From Gemmatimonas sp. (GTDB taxonomy: Bacteria > Gemmatimonadota > Gemmatimonadetes > Gemmatimonadales > Gemmatimonadaceae), in the NCBI GenBank assembly GCA_031414535.1, contig JANNVQ010000054.1, positions 96,001-160,000 of the forward strand: 64,000 nucleotides of DNA, read 5' to 3'. The stretch's first letter is position 1, and every line of letters starts with the position of its first letter. A model generated the notes under the pieces. The model searched no databases. It was not told the DNA's origin and saw nothing but the letters and a program-made list of their open reading frames with translations. Shown here one piece after another: positions 37,122-48,088 of the stretch. Made by a program: the position numbers and the translations under genes.

Positions 37122-40100
37122 GTGAGAGCGCGCCTGCGCCGCTTGCTCAAACTCACGCTCGTGATGAGCGTGGTGTCTGTGCTTGCCGCGGCCGCCGCCC
37201 TCACGGTCGCCCTCAAGACCGACTGGGGACGCGAGTTCACGACGCGTCGCGTCATCTCCTTGCTGACGGACCAACTGGCCCCCGGTGCGCAGTTGGGGAT
37301 TCACGGGCTCATCCTCACGCCCATCGGCTCGGTGCAACTGGACTCATTGGTCCTCCGCGACTCCGCAGGCGTGCCACTCGGCACCGTGCGCGGCCTCCGG
37401 CTCGGCGTGAACATCAGGGCCGCGTTCGCTCGCGAGTTGCATCTCAGGTCTGTAGTGATTGAGCAACTCGACTTGAACCTCGTGCAGAATGCTGGCGGAC
37501 GCTGGAACTATGCATCCATCACTCGTAGGGCGGATTCCACCATGCGCCGCGACGCACCGCGCGCCGCAAGGCCCTGGCGAATTCGCATTGATACGCTGTC
37601 GTGGCTCGATGGCAGCATCGCGCTGACTCGGCCAGAGAGCCTCCCGACGCTGCCGCCGCGACAGGATGTCGCGACCGAAATAAAGCTTGAATTGGGCCCC
37701 AGCAACATCAACACCGGCGGCCCCAAGGGTAGCATCGTGGTGGCGCGAGCGCAGGGAACCATCGTCGTAACGGATGCGGGCAATAACATCGGTGCGCCCG
37801 CATCGGGCCGGCAATCGCTGCGACTCAGCGCAGAGCGCGGAACCGTGACGCTAGACAACAGCACGGCCGTGCTCGCCTTCCCTGCCTTGCATGCGGGAGC
37901 ATCTCTCGTCTCGCTCGATGGCAGCGTCAACTGGTCCGACGAGACGCGAGACGCGCGGCTTGCGCTTGACCTTGGCGCCACGGAGATCACTCTCGCGGAT
38001 GTCGCGTGGTTTAACCCGCTCATTCCCCGAGATGGCCGCGCCACCGCGCGCTTGCGTATCGAGAATGGGAAGAGCGACGGCAACTACCGCGCTACGGTAG
38101 AGCGCTTCGTGGTTGAGGCCACGGGATCCCGTGTGCAGGGCCAGCTCGTCGCCGAGTTTGGGGATACGCTTGCGGTACGCGATCTCGATGTCACAGCGGC
38201 GCCGCTGGACTTCCAATTGATTCGAGAAATCTTCGGAGCAGACAAGCCACCAGCCCCTTGGGATGGCACCGTTGCCGGACGACTCCGTGGGCCTGGGGGA
38301 CCGCTCCGCGCATTTCGCGTGGACGAATCCACCTTGGAGTTCACCGATCGTCGTATCGGTAGCGCCGTGTCACGGCTCACCATCAGTGGCGAGCTCGACC
38401 TCCAAGCGGAGCAGGCGGTGTTTAAGCCACTGACCGTGCGCATTGACTCGTTGGATGTTCGCACCGTAGGCGCGGTCACCGATGTCGCCGACAGCCTCTC
38501 GGGTTACCTCCGCGGCGCCGTCGTGCTAAACGGGCCCATCAATAACGTGCGCTTCCGCGACCTCGACCTTCTGCACATTGACGGAAATCTTCCGCGTTCA
38601 CACGTGCGCGGCGCCGGACGCATCGCTGAGGACACGGCCAGCACCTGGCTTGAAGCCGCGTTGGTGTTTGACACACTCGGGCTTGCCGCGCTTGGTCCCG
38701 CAATTGTTGACGAGCCTTTGCGCGGCACGCTCTCGGGAACGTTGACCACCGCCGTTCGTGGCGACTCAGTATGGCTCGATCTCGCACTCAGCGGCGAGGG
38801 CGCGACGATGCAGTTCCTGGGTTCCACGTCGATGGACACCGCGCGCCTCGTGGCCAATGGTGTGCTCACGCTCGGGACCTTGGACGCCGGGCGCCTCTTG
38901 CCCGCGCGCACCCTGCCCTCGCACTCGGTGACTGGCGTCGTGAACTTGGGGCTCGACGGCCCCTTCGAGGAGCCCACCGGACCCTTCGCCTTCCAACTCG
39001 ACACCGCCTCGCGCTTCTTGGACCTTCCTGTGCGCAGCGCAGCCGGCGCGATGTACTTGGAGCCGGGCGGTCTCCGCGTGGATTCACTCCTGTTCGCGAT
39101 GGACGCGGGCCGAGTCTCGGCGGAGGGGCATCTGTCCCGGGATCCCGCAGTGCGGGATACCCTGCGTTTCTTAGCCACGCTCGACTCCCTCCACACGCTC
39201 GCGCCCTTGCTCGGCGATTCGCTGGCCACGCTCTGGGGCGACTCCATCAGCGGCACTCTCCGCGTGGAAGGCATCGCAGTGGGTTCGCTCGATACCGTGG
39301 ACCTTCGAGCCATCCTTGAGGGCGATTCCTTACGCCTCGCGAGCATCAGCATCGCGTCCATGTCGGGCGAGGTACTGCTCGATGGCATGCCGAGCGCAAC
39401 ACAAGGCATCGCGTCCTTCGCAGTATCCAATGCGCGAGTTGGGGAAGCAGTCGTACATGGATTGAGCGTGGAAGCCAATCTGCGAGAGGCCAAGTGGGTG
39501 GACGCCGCGTTCCGCGTCATTGTGCAAGACACCCTCTACGTCCAAGGCCGAGCCGACATCCATTTGATGGGAGACAGTCTTGAAATCGCGCTCGACTCTC
39601 TGACGGCGAAGACGCGCGAAGCCGACTGGCGACTCGCCCGTCCTACGGGGATGTTCCGTGGTCCCGATCGCTTCGTCGTAGACTCCTTGCTCCTCCTGAG
39701 CCAAGACGGCGCGCGCTTTGCGCTCTCGGCGCGTCTCGATTCGGCGGGTCCCCTCTCGGTGGTCGCACAAGCCGTCCGTGTCCCGCTCTCTCATGCGCGC
39801 TTCACAGGCTACATGCCGCCGCGCGTGGACGGATTGATTTCTCTGGACGCGACGCTTGCCGGCACCTTCGCGTCGCCACTGCTCGACCTCACGATGCGGC
39901 TCGACTCCACGCTCGTGGACGCGAGGGCCGCACCGGAACTTGAAGCGACTGCCCACTACGCAAACCTCAGGGCGGATGTCACCATCAATGGCCGCGTGCT
40001 CCAGCGTGACGGATTCTCTATTGTCGCCGAACTGCCGCTCGACCTGGCGCTCGAAGCGCGCTCGCTGAATGAGCGACTGCTACAGAGCGACGTGTACCTA

Positions 40101-41501
40101 CGACTGACGGCCAATGGGACGCCACTCGCAGGTTTCGAGGCTTTAATGCCCGAAGTGCGCGACCTCAGCGGAGTCCTCGAAGCCGACGTGCAGATTACGG
40201 GGACTTGGCGTGACCTCGAGCCGCGTGGCATCTTGCTGGTGCGCGACGGGGCATTCACGGTTCCGGCGCTTGGTACTGGCTTCCGCGAGCTACTCGTCGA
40301 CGTCTCGTTGACGCCGGACTCGGTCATCATCCAGCGCGCGCGCTTGGCCGGTGAACGGTCCCTCAACGACACGGCGTCCATCGAGGGCGTTATCTACCAC
40401 ACGAGCAGCGGTTGGCGCACCGACATCCAGAGCGTTGCGCGCAGCCTTCGCGTGATTGACGATCCCCGCGTTGCGGAAGCGGACCTGTCTTGGGTACTGC
40501 GCTTGCGCGGACCGCTCGATACGCTCACGCTCGGTGGGGACGTCACCGTACCGCGGGCAAACCTCTTCATCGGGCGGCAGCGAAGGCAGGCGCTCGCGCT
40601 CGCTGAGGATTCGCTGACGAACGAGGGCGCATCGAAGTACGCGCCCCGGCTCGAGGGCATTCGACTGCGCTTGGGCAATGAGGTGCGCCTGCGCTCAACG
40701 GAAGCCAATGTGCAACTCACGGGCGAGGTCGCGGCAGCCGGGACACTCGACGAGCCCGATGTTCGCGGCGAGATCTTCGCCGGGCGTGGTTCCTTCCGCC
40801 TGGACCTTGGCTTGCTGCAGCGCACCTTCCAAGTAGACTCGGGGCTGGTGCGCTTGAACGGGCCGCTGAGCATCTCGCCCACGCTCGACATCCACACCTC
40901 GTACACCGTGCGGCAGGCGGAACGTGAGGATGTGAAAATCGGCGCCCGACTCACGGGCCCGGTGGACGCACCACGATTGGTGCTCTCGTCCGGTGATCTT
41001 GGCAGCACGGCCAGCGAGACCGAGATTATCTCGTACTTGCTCTTCGGCGCACCGAGCTTCGCACTCGATGGCCAGAGCGCGTCGGCGGTACGACTTGCCA
41101 CGGCGGCCCTCGTGCCTTCGCTCGGAGGCGCGGCGGAACGTGCCTTGGGCGCGCGCCTGCCCTTCCTCAGCGAGCTGCAGGTGGTGACCGTCGCCGGTGA
41201 TTCACCGCGTGACTTCACGCTCAACTCCTTTGAAGGATTGCTCAACTCCTTCGCGCTCACCGCTGGCACGCAGATTGGTACGGATTCCTACCTGCGCCTG
41301 TCTGGCGGCGTGTGCCGCGGCGACAACCGCGCGGCCCAATCACTGCCGGCGTGGTTCGGAATCTCGGGTGAGTATCGGCCGCGTGAACGACTGTCCGCGG
41401 AGGTCTCGCTGACGCCAGGTTCTTCGCCATGCAATCGCATTGGCACATTCACGCAGATCTACCAGCTGGGCTTTGACCTGTACAAAGATTGGCGCTGGTA
41501 G
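37122..41501 (+). CDS. tamB: Translocation/assembly module TamB (AsmA-like) protein
   Basis: N-terminal TM anchor, long beta-taco repeats, C-terminal DUF490-like region (PTLDI...LTGPVDAPRLVLSS...EIISYLLFG). Confidence 0.82.
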   Translation: MRARLRRLLKLTLVMSVVSVLAAAAALTVALKTDWGREFTTRRVISLLTDQLAPGAQLGIHGLILTPIGSVQLDSLVLRDSAGVPLGTVRGLRLGVNIRAAFARELHLRSVVIEQLDLNLVQNAGGRWNYASITRRADSTMRRDAPRAARPWRIRIDTLSWLDGSIALTRPESLPTLPPRQDVATEIKLELGPSNINTGGPKGSIVVARAQGTIVVTDAGNNIGAPASGRQSLRLSAERGTVTLDNSTAVLAFPALHAGASLVSLDGSVNWSDETRDARLALDLGATEITLADVAWFNPLIPRDGRATARLRIENGKSDGNYRATVERFVVEATGSRVQGQLVAEFGDTLAVRDLDVTAAPLDFQLIREIFGADKPPAPWDGTVAGRLRGPGGPLRAFRVDESTLEFTDRRIGSAVSRLTISGELDLQAEQAVFKPLTVRIDSLDVRTVGAVTDVADSLSGYLRGAVVLNGPINNVRFRDLDLLHIDGNLPRSHVRGAGRIAEDTASTWLEAALVFDTLGLAALGPAIVDEPLRGTLSGTLTTAVRGDSVWLDLALSGEGATMQFLGSTSMDTARLVANGVLTLGTLDAGRLLPARTLPSHSVTGVVNLGLDGPFEEPTGPFAFQLDTASRFLDLPVRSAAGAMYLEPGGLRVDSLLFAMDAGRVSAEGHLSRDPAVRDTLRFLATLDSLHTLAPLLGDSLATLWGDSISGTLRVEGIAVGSLDTVDLRAILEGDSLRLASISIASMSGEVLLDGMPSATQGIASFAVSNARVGEAVVHGLSVEANLREAKWVDAAFRVIVQDTLYVQGRADIHLMGDSLEIALDSLTAKTREADWRLARPTGMFRGPDRFVVDSLLLLSQDGARFALSARLDSAGPLSVVAQAVRVPLSHARFTGYMPPRVDGLISLDATLAGTFASPLLDLTMRLDSTLVDARAAPELEATAHYANLRADVTINGRVLQRDGFSIVAELPLDLALEARSLNERLLQSDVYLRLTANGTPLAGFEALMPEVRDLSGVLEADVQITGTWRDLEPRGILLVRDGAFTVPALGTGFRELLVDVSLTPDSVIIQRARLAGERSLNDTASIEGVIYHTSSGWRTDIQSVARSLRVIDDPRVAEADLSWVLRLRGPLDTLTLGGDVTVPRANLFIGRQRRQALALAEDSLTNEGASKYAPRLEGIRLRLGNEVRLRSTEANVQLTGEVAAAGTLDEPDVRGEIFAGRGSFRLDLGLLQRTFQVDSGLVRLNGPLSISPTLDIHTSYTVRQAEREDVKIGARLTGPVDAPRLVLSSGDLGSTASETEIISYLLFGAPSFALDGQSASAVRLATAALVPSLGGAAERALGARLPFLSELQVVTVAGDSPRDFTLNSFEGLLNSFALTAGTQIGTDSYLRLSGGVCRGDNRAAQSLPAWFGISGEYRPRERLSAEVSLTPGSSPCNRIGTFTQIYQLGFDLYKDWRW

Positions 41502-41522
41502 GAGCATCGCGCCGCGCGAAGC

Positions 41523-41966
41523 CTAGACTCCAAACTGCCGCAGATGATGGTCCGTGTGTTTGTACAGCAACACGCCCCAGTCCCCGTGCGACATCTCGCC
41601 AAAGATTGGATGATCGCCCACGGGCGCACTCGCGGCTGGCTGCTCGCTTGCAAGAATGAGAGCGCGAAGTGCCGCAACGTCAGCATCCCAGGTGCTAGGC
41701 TTTCGCGCGAGCAACTCCTTGGCCGTCGGTGCACCCTTGGGAAACGGCAGGACGTGGAGCATCAACCACTTCACCAGCGGCCGCAACGGCATCTTGCGCC
41801 GACGAATGGCGAGTTCTCCGCCCGGCATCCGATACGCCTCAATCAAATGCGTGACCATCTGCGGGGCGCGCATCTTCCCCCAGTGAGGCTGCCGATCATG
41901 GGGCAGGACGGCGAGACGGCTGGCAAGGGATTCGCGCCAAGCGCGGTCGTAAATGGAAGCGGCCAT
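41523..41966 (-). CDS. DinB-superfamily DUF1569 protein
   Basis: WGKMRAPQMVTHL, HPIFG, KHTDHHLRQFGV. Confidence 0.85.
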   Translation of the reverse strand: MAASIYDRAWRESLASRLAVLPHDRQPHWGKMRAPQMVTHLIEAYRMPGGELAIRRRKMPLRPLVKWLMLHVLPFPKGAPTAKELLARKPSTWDADVAALRALILASEQPAASAPVGDHPIFGEMSHGDWGVLLYKHTDHHLRQFGV

Positions 41967-42050
41967 ACGGTAGAACTACTGCCTCCTGAGCCACCCCGCC
42001 AGCGCCGGACTGCGCTATTTTTTCTCGGTCACTCCCACCTTCCCGAGACT

Positions 42051-42776
42051 ATGTCCCGACTGCCCCACCTCGTCCCCGCCCTGCTCGCATTCTTCGCCAC
42101 CCCACTACTGGCGCAGGAGCCCACGCCGGTGGTCACAAAAATCACTGCCGACCTTGGCTACGTGCAGGCCAGCGGCAACAGCGAGGTCACCACGACGAGC
42201 TTCAACCAAAAGCTCACGCAACAGCGCGGCAAGCTCGGCTTGGAGCAAACGTTCAACTTCGTGTACGGCGAACAGGACGGTGCGGTGAACACCAACTTCC
42301 TTCGCGTCGCCGTGCGCGCCGATTTCAAACTCGGCGGTCGCCTCTCGACGTTCGCGACCCTGGCGTACGACCGCAACATCTTTGCGGGTATCCAGCGGCG
42401 CTTTGAAGAGAACCTTGGTCTTGCGTATCAAGCGATTGACGCGCCACACGACACGCTCCGCTTTGAAGCCGGCTTCTCCGTCACGCAGCAAACGGCACTG
42501 GATGGCACGAGCAACGACTTCCCTGCTGGCCGCGCAGCAGTGGCATACAAGCACGCATTCTCTCCGACGACCTACTTTGTGCAGGCCGCTGAGTTCATTC
42601 CGAATTTCCAGGAACACAATGACTACCGCGTGAACACGGAGTCGGCAATCGTGGCACCGGTGTCGGCACGAGTGAATCTGAAGGTGGCGTACCTGATTCG
42701 CTACGACAACCTGCCCGAGCCGACGTTCAAGACGACGGACCGCGTGTTCACGACCGGCATTCAGATCACCTTCTGA
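42051..42776 (+). CDS. DUF481 (YdiY-like) outer-membrane beta-barrel
   Basis: Signal peptide; LGYVQASGNS; C-terminal TTGIQITF. Confidence 0.85.
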   Translation: MSRLPHLVPALLAFFATPLLAQEPTPVVTKITADLGYVQASGNSEVTTTSFNQKLTQQRGKLGLEQTFNFVYGEQDGAVNTNFLRVAVRADFKLGGRLSTFATLAYDRNIFAGIQRRFEENLGLAYQAIDAPHDTLRFEAGFSVTQQTALDGTSNDFPAGRAAVAYKHAFSPTTYFVQAAEFIPNFQEHNDYRVNTESAIVAPVSARVNLKVAYLIRYDNLPEPTFKTTDRVFTTGIQITF

Positions 42777-42788
42777 CCCGATGGGCCG

Positions 42789-44351
42789 CTACGAGCTGTG
42801 GGGCAGAGCAAAAAAGAAACTGCTGCCCTGCCCCACCTCGGACTCCACCCACATTCGACCCCCGTGAGCGAGGACGATAGCCCGGGCGATGTTCAGTCCC
42901 AGTCCCGTGCCGCCCTTCTCCACCGCGTCTGAGCGCGCAATCTGCGTGAAGCGTTCAAAAATGCGCTCGATGGCTTCGGGCGGGATTCCGCGTCCCTCGT
43001 CTTGCACCCGCACTTGGCACTCGTCGAGCGTGTGGGACGCCGTGATAATGACACGCTTTCCGGCGGGTGTGAATTTGACGGCATTGCCCACCAGATTGAT
43101 GATCACGCGTGCAATGCGATCGGGGTCAGCAAAGACCATTTCGTCGCCCGGCATCCACTCAACCGTGACACCGCTTTGTTCGGCGTGGGGTGCTGTGGCA
43201 TCCTTCGCAACGCTGAAGACCTCCGCAAGCGATATCGCGCGCCTCTCCATCGTGAGCTGACCCGCCTCGAGACGCTCGAGGTCGAGCAAGTCATTCACCA
43301 AGGCGAGCAGTCGCGCCGCGTTCCGCGATGCCAGCGCCATCAGCTCTTTCGGCTTCGGTTCGAGGTTCGCGGGCAGCAGGCGGGAGAGCAGTTGTAGCGC
43401 GCCCTGGACCGCCCCAATCGGCGTTCGCAGTTCGTGACTGACCACGCCAATCAGTTGATCCTTTGCGCGCTCAATCTGCCGCGCCGCCGTGACATCGATT
43501 CCGTAGAATTGAATTCCACGCAGGGTACCGCGGCGCACGGCGGGTACGAGGCGTCCTTCCACTTCCACCGGCGCGCCCTCGGCCGGAAGGAAGCGCAGTT
43601 CCACCGGCGTCTCTTGGCCAAGCTCGCGCGCCATCGTCCACGCCACATCGAATCGTGCGCGACTCGCCACATCCATCCGCGGTGTCATCCATCCCGGAGT
43701 CGGCGCGAGAGGCGGCTCGCCGACGGCGCGTCGGAAGGCGGCGTTTGCGTAACGGATTGCGCAATCCGGGCCGAGACGCACCACGAACTCACGCGTGCTC
43801 TCAAGCAGCGACTCCAACTGCGCACCTTGCTCCTCGAGCAAGCGCATGGTCGAGCGAAGCTCAATCTCCGTCATCGCGGCCTGCGCAAGGTCCTGCAGCG
43901 CGTCCAAGTCCTCCTGTCGCCACTCACGCCCCTCGCTGTCAAACACGCAGAACGAGCCGAGGACCTGGCCGTCGGATGTGCGCAAGGGCATTCCGGCGTA
44001 GGCGTGGATGCCGTACTCGTTGATGGAGTGATTGTCGTGCACGAGAGGATGCACGCTAGAATTTGGAACGATCAGCGGGGCGCCCGTAGACACCACGTGC
44101 TGACAGAACGAGTAGTCGAGGGTCGTCTCTCGCGCCGCCACCAAGGCGGCGTTCAATCCGCTGTGGGCCGCAAAGAACTGCCGGTTGCGATCCACGAGCG
44201 ACACCACGGCCGTGGGCACGCCGAGCATGCGGCGCGTGAGGCGCGTGAGACGTTCAAGGGCTGGGTCCACTGGGCCGTCCAACAGCCCCGTCTCCTGCAA
44301 CGCCTCTAGCCGTTTTGGAGACTCAATATTGAGACGGTCGGCTAGAGGCAT
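42789..44351 (-). CDS. Cytoplasmic GAF-PAS sensor histidine kinase
   Basis: GAF (RLEALQETGLLD...SFCQHVV...YAGMPL), PAS, VSHELRTP, NLVGNAVKFT, GGTGLGL. Confidence 0.92.
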   Translation of the reverse strand: MPLADRLNIESPKRLEALQETGLLDGPVDPALERLTRLTRRMLGVPTAVVSLVDRNRQFFAAHSGLNAALVAARETTLDYSFCQHVVSTGAPLIVPNSSVHPLVHDNHSINEYGIHAYAGMPLRTSDGQVLGSFCVFDSEGREWRQEDLDALQDLAQAAMTEIELRSTMRLLEEQGAQLESLLESTREFVVRLGPDCAIRYANAAFRRAVGEPPLAPTPGWMTPRMDVASRARFDVAWTMARELGQETPVELRFLPAEGAPVEVEGRLVPAVRRGTLRGIQFYGIDVTAARQIERAKDQLIGVVSHELRTPIGAVQGALQLLSRLLPANLEPKPKELMALASRNAARLLALVNDLLDLERLEAGQLTMERRAISLAEVFSVAKDATAPHAEQSGVTVEWMPGDEMVFADPDRIARVIINLVGNAVKFTPAGKRVIITASHTLDECQVRVQDEGRGIPPEAIERIFERFTQIARSDAVEKGGTGLGLNIARAIVLAHGGRMWVESEVGQGSSFFFALPHSS

Positions 44352-44461
44352 CCTTCAATATTCCCCAATCGGGGAGCGATTGCGAGGGTCTCGGTCGGGG
44401 CAATCCCTGACGCTGGACAACTACCTCGACAGACTCGCCCCCGGAGCGGCAATTGGGTGCA

Positions 44462-46861
44462 TCAGGGCCAAGGGAGTGCGATGATGGCGTAGCGCGTGCG
44501 GTTGCCAGGCTGGTCCTCGCCATCCATGATAATCTTGATCTCGCGTATCGCCGCGGCACGGAGCGCATCGTTCGCCACGTTGCCGGATGGCGCCGCCGAC
44601 TCCAGGCGCGCCGCGAGCATCTCGAGGTGGAGGGCCACCACCTGCCGCACATCTGCGGTTGCCCGCGCGTCACCGGCGCGGTCAAGCATGGTGTTGAGCA
44701 CCACGCGCCGCACCACGCGCTGGAGCGCGAGCGCACTCGGCCCCTGAGCATCCGGCGCGTGCCACGTGCGTTGGAGAATGGTCTCCATCAGTTCGTTGAG
44801 ATTCATCTGCTGCGCATCGCGCGCAAAGAACAGCGATACGCGGTTCATGCGCTCGCGATCCATCAGGCCCTCGATGACTTCCGTGGCGAGGCCGCCAGCG
44901 AGCGCCACTTGATCGACCGTGGTTCCGGCGCGCGGCAGCCAGTCGTAGCCCGCATCACCTCCGGGCGGAACAGGCGGAATGAGCGCTAGCACGCGCTCCG
45001 GCACTTCGAGCAGGGCCGGTTGCAGCGCATCGAGCACTAGCGTGAGCGCCGCACGCTGCTCGGCCACAGGAATCACCGTCGTGGGAACCTGGCCATCGCC
45101 ACGCATGGCATAGCGGAAGTCCATGCCGCCTACGTACTTGATGGCACCCTCCAGCGAATAGCGATGATGCAGGTATACATGCAGAAATCGCATGGAGAGC
45201 AGGTACATCGGCTCGCCAGGCTGAATAGCACGCTCGTCAAAGGCACGCATGGCCACGCGGCGCACCGCCACCGTGCGATTCACCGCGTCCATCATCGTCG
45301 CACCCTCCTCCCAGCGCGTCGCGTTGGGAATGGAGCCATCGGCACCCGCGTGCTGATCGGCAACAAAGCGCACGTCACGGCGAATGCCCTCTTGCACGAT
45401 GCGCGCGAGTCCTTCGGCCTCCGCACGCTCGTTGGCGTACCACGTATAGCCGTAGCGAATTGCCAGCGAATCCCAAGCGCCAGCCATCGGCGCATAGGCC
45501 TTGCTCAAGTCCAACGCGCCATTCGCATCAACCGTGATGAGCGGGAACGGATAATCCATCACCGACGAACGGCCCTGCGATGAGGCGATGTAGTTGTGCG
45601 ACAGGCCGAGCGTGTGACCAATCTCGTGCGCCGTGTGCTGCTTGCGGCGCTCCATGGCAAACGCCTCTGCGGTCACGTTCAAGCCACGAGTGCCAGCGGC
45701 GGGAACGAGGCCGGCCCAGATATTGTAGTCCACAAGCGACCGATACGAATCCATGCGCACCACAGTGCGCACAATCTCACCCGTGCGCGGATCGGAGAAC
45801 GAGGGGCCCACCGAGGGGCCGAAGCTGTTGCGGTGCACCCAGTAGATGAGGTTGTAGCGCGCGTCCATCGGGTCGGCGCCAGCGGGGAGGTCGAGGACTT
45901 GGAACGCGTTCCGGAAACCCGCCGCCTCAAACACCTTGTTCCACCACATGCCGCCTTCGCGGAAGGCCGACTTGTAGGGCTCGGGAATCCCAGGGTCCAG
46001 ATAGTAGACCACCGGATTCACCGGCTCCGTCAACTGACCGCGCGCATAGGCGGCAGGATCGCGCGGCACGAGCCGCCAACGATTGATCACGCTGCCGCGA
46101 TACGTGCCGTCGAATCCTTGCGAGAAATCTAGGAAGCCTTGTCCGAAGTAGCCCGAGCGCGGGTCGCCCACACGAGGACGGAATCCTTGGGCATCCGGCA
46201 GCGCGACGATTGAGTGATGAATTTCAAACACCGGGCTGCTCGCGTCCGCGGCAAAGCGACGCAGTGCCCCGCCGGCGTTGTCCACGTTGAAGGTCAGCAC
46301 CGCGTGAATCTCTGCGTTCCGTGGAAAAGCCTTGGTGCGCTCGGTATCGAACCAGCTGCGCGTTGCATCCACGCGCGCACTGCCCTGCTGCGCGCGGCGG
46401 AGCGACTCACCCACGCCGTAGGTGTCGGAGAGAAAAAAGCTCGTAGCGTCCACCACGAGACGGCCGCCCGTATCGGACTCGATGGGGAACGAGGCGAGCA
46501 CCGCCCGCGGGAACGCCTCCGCCGCCGCGCGCTGTCCCGCCGCGTCGGCAGCCGGTGCGCGCGTAATCTGATTGTCCGCCACCATCAGGACGCGACGACC
46601 GCGGCGCTCAAGGCGGATGATGGTTGCCTCGCCGGTCTGGCCGCGGTCGAGTCCAAGTGCGGCAACGCCCGCACCCGTGGCAAGCACGCTCTGGTGTAAC
46701 AAGTCCTTGTCGAGTTGCCCGATGGGAATCTCGAGCAAGAGCTTGTTGCGGTCGGCGTCCACGCGCACACCGACGAGTGGCGCGGGGGACTGGGCGGCGA
46801 GCGAGGCGGCCGCGCAAGCGACGAGGACCAGCACACGGAATGCCTGACGGGCGTATCGCAT
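44462..46861 (-). CDS. Secreted zinc metalloprotease (metzincin, DUF5117/DUF4953 EcxA-like)
   Basis: Signal peptide; HEIGHTLGLSHN; Met-turn SSVMDY. Confidence 0.88.
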   Translation of the reverse strand: MRYARQAFRVLVLVACAAASLAAQSPAPLVGVRVDADRNKLLLEIPIGQLDKDLLHQSVLATGAGVAALGLDRGQTGEATIIRLERRGRRVLMVADNQITRAPAADAAGQRAAAEAFPRAVLASFPIESDTGGRLVVDATSFFLSDTYGVGESLRRAQQGSARVDATRSWFDTERTKAFPRNAEIHAVLTFNVDNAGGALRRFAADASSPVFEIHHSIVALPDAQGFRPRVGDPRSGYFGQGFLDFSQGFDGTYRGSVINRWRLVPRDPAAYARGQLTEPVNPVVYYLDPGIPEPYKSAFREGGMWWNKVFEAAGFRNAFQVLDLPAGADPMDARYNLIYWVHRNSFGPSVGPSFSDPRTGEIVRTVVRMDSYRSLVDYNIWAGLVPAAGTRGLNVTAEAFAMERRKQHTAHEIGHTLGLSHNYIASSQGRSSVMDYPFPLITVDANGALDLSKAYAPMAGAWDSLAIRYGYTWYANERAEAEGLARIVQEGIRRDVRFVADQHAGADGSIPNATRWEEGATMMDAVNRTVAVRRVAMRAFDERAIQPGEPMYLLSMRFLHVYLHHRYSLEGAIKYVGGMDFRYAMRGDGQVPTTVIPVAEQRAALTLVLDALQPALLEVPERVLALIPPVPPGGDAGYDWLPRAGTTVDQVALAGGLATEVIEGLMDRERMNRVSLFFARDAQQMNLNELMETILQRTWHAPDAQGPSALALQRVVRRVVLNTMLDRAGDARATADVRQVVALHLEMLAARLESAAPSGNVANDALRAAAIREIKIIMDGEDQPGNRTRYAIIALPWP

Positions 46862-46889
46862 TGTGGGGACGGGTTGAGGTATTGAGATT

Positions 46890-48056
46890 CTAGTGTCCGC
46901 CGCCCGCGCTCGCCATCGAAAGATCGATGCCGGCGACGGTGACGAGGATGTTGCGACGAGGTGCGTCTTCCAGAAAGCCCGCGATGACCTCCTTGATGAC
47001 GCCCTTGAGGAGATCGAGTGCGAGCACAGCCGCCAATGCGGCGAGCGGAATCCGGGTCAGCAACGCACCGGCGAACACGACGGCCAAAACCAGCAGCACA
47101 CCGTGTACCAAGGCCGACAAGCGTTCGCGTCCACCGGCCGCCACGTTCGCGCCTCCGCGCACAATCACCGCCGTCACCGGCAAGCCACCCAAGAAACCCG
47201 AGACTGCATTCGCGGCGCCCTGCGCCATCAGTTCGCGGTCCAGCGGGCTCGTGCGACGCAGCGGATCTAATCGATCCACCGCTTGCAACGAGAGAAGGGT
47301 CTCGATGCTCGCCACGACGGCGATCGTCGCGGCGGCGAGCCAAACCGCCGGATTGCCGATTCCCGCCAAGTCCGGGCGAGGCAGCGCGGCCACGAGCGCC
47401 AACACACCACCAAGCGGCAAGTCCACAAGCTGCGAAGATGCGAGCGCGAGGCTCGGGTGCTCTCCGAAAAGCAGGCCAAGCACACTGGTCAGTACGACCA
47501 CCACGAGGGCGGGCGAAACTAGCTTCATCTTGCTGAGCGGCGTGTGGCGCCAGCCGAAGAGCACGAGGAGCGACAAGGCGGTGAGAAGAGTTGCGCCTAG
47601 GTGGAACTGCAAGCCGATATCCCGAAAATCTCCCGTCGCGCCGAAGGCGGCAGGTAATTGCTTCCAGATGATGGTGATGCCGATTGCCGCGAGCATGCCC
47701 TTGATAACACTCGAGGGCACGAGGCTCGCCAAACGACCCGTGCGCAACACGCCGAGGAGAATCTGCAGGCCCCCCGAGAGCAGTGTGGCCGTCAGGAAAA
47801 GCTCCAATGAGCCAAGCGCGGCGATTTCCGCAATGACGATGGCCGTCAGACCAGCCGCTGGGCCGGTCACGGAGAGCGGTGAGCGACTCAGCCAGGGGAC
47901 GAGCAAACCGCCCACGGCGCCCGCCACGAGTCCCGAGATTGGTGGCACGCCACAAGCCAGCGCGATGCCCAGACACAGGGGGAGTGCCACCAAGAACACC
48001 ACTACTCCCGCTACGACGTCCTGCCGAGGATAGGAGAACATATTGGCGGAGGGCAT
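46890..48056 (-). pseudogene. SulP/SLC26 anion permease with two apparent in-frame internal deletions
   Basis: DVVAGVVVFLVALPLCLGIA, GPAAG, ASIETLLS, RELMAQGAAN; only 388 aa; IPLAALAAVL runs directly into ALDLLKGVI and then into the STAS tail KEVIAGFLEDAPRRNI. Confidence 0.65.
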
Positions 48057-48088
48057 CTCGAAGAATACGCTTCCCGCCTGCTTGATGT

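Noticed and set aside
46585..48033. 463-aa (-) and 368-aa (+) ORFs over SulP
   Set aside because: Alternative-frame shadows; they do not contain the missing SulP segments, so a frameshift does not explain the short protein.
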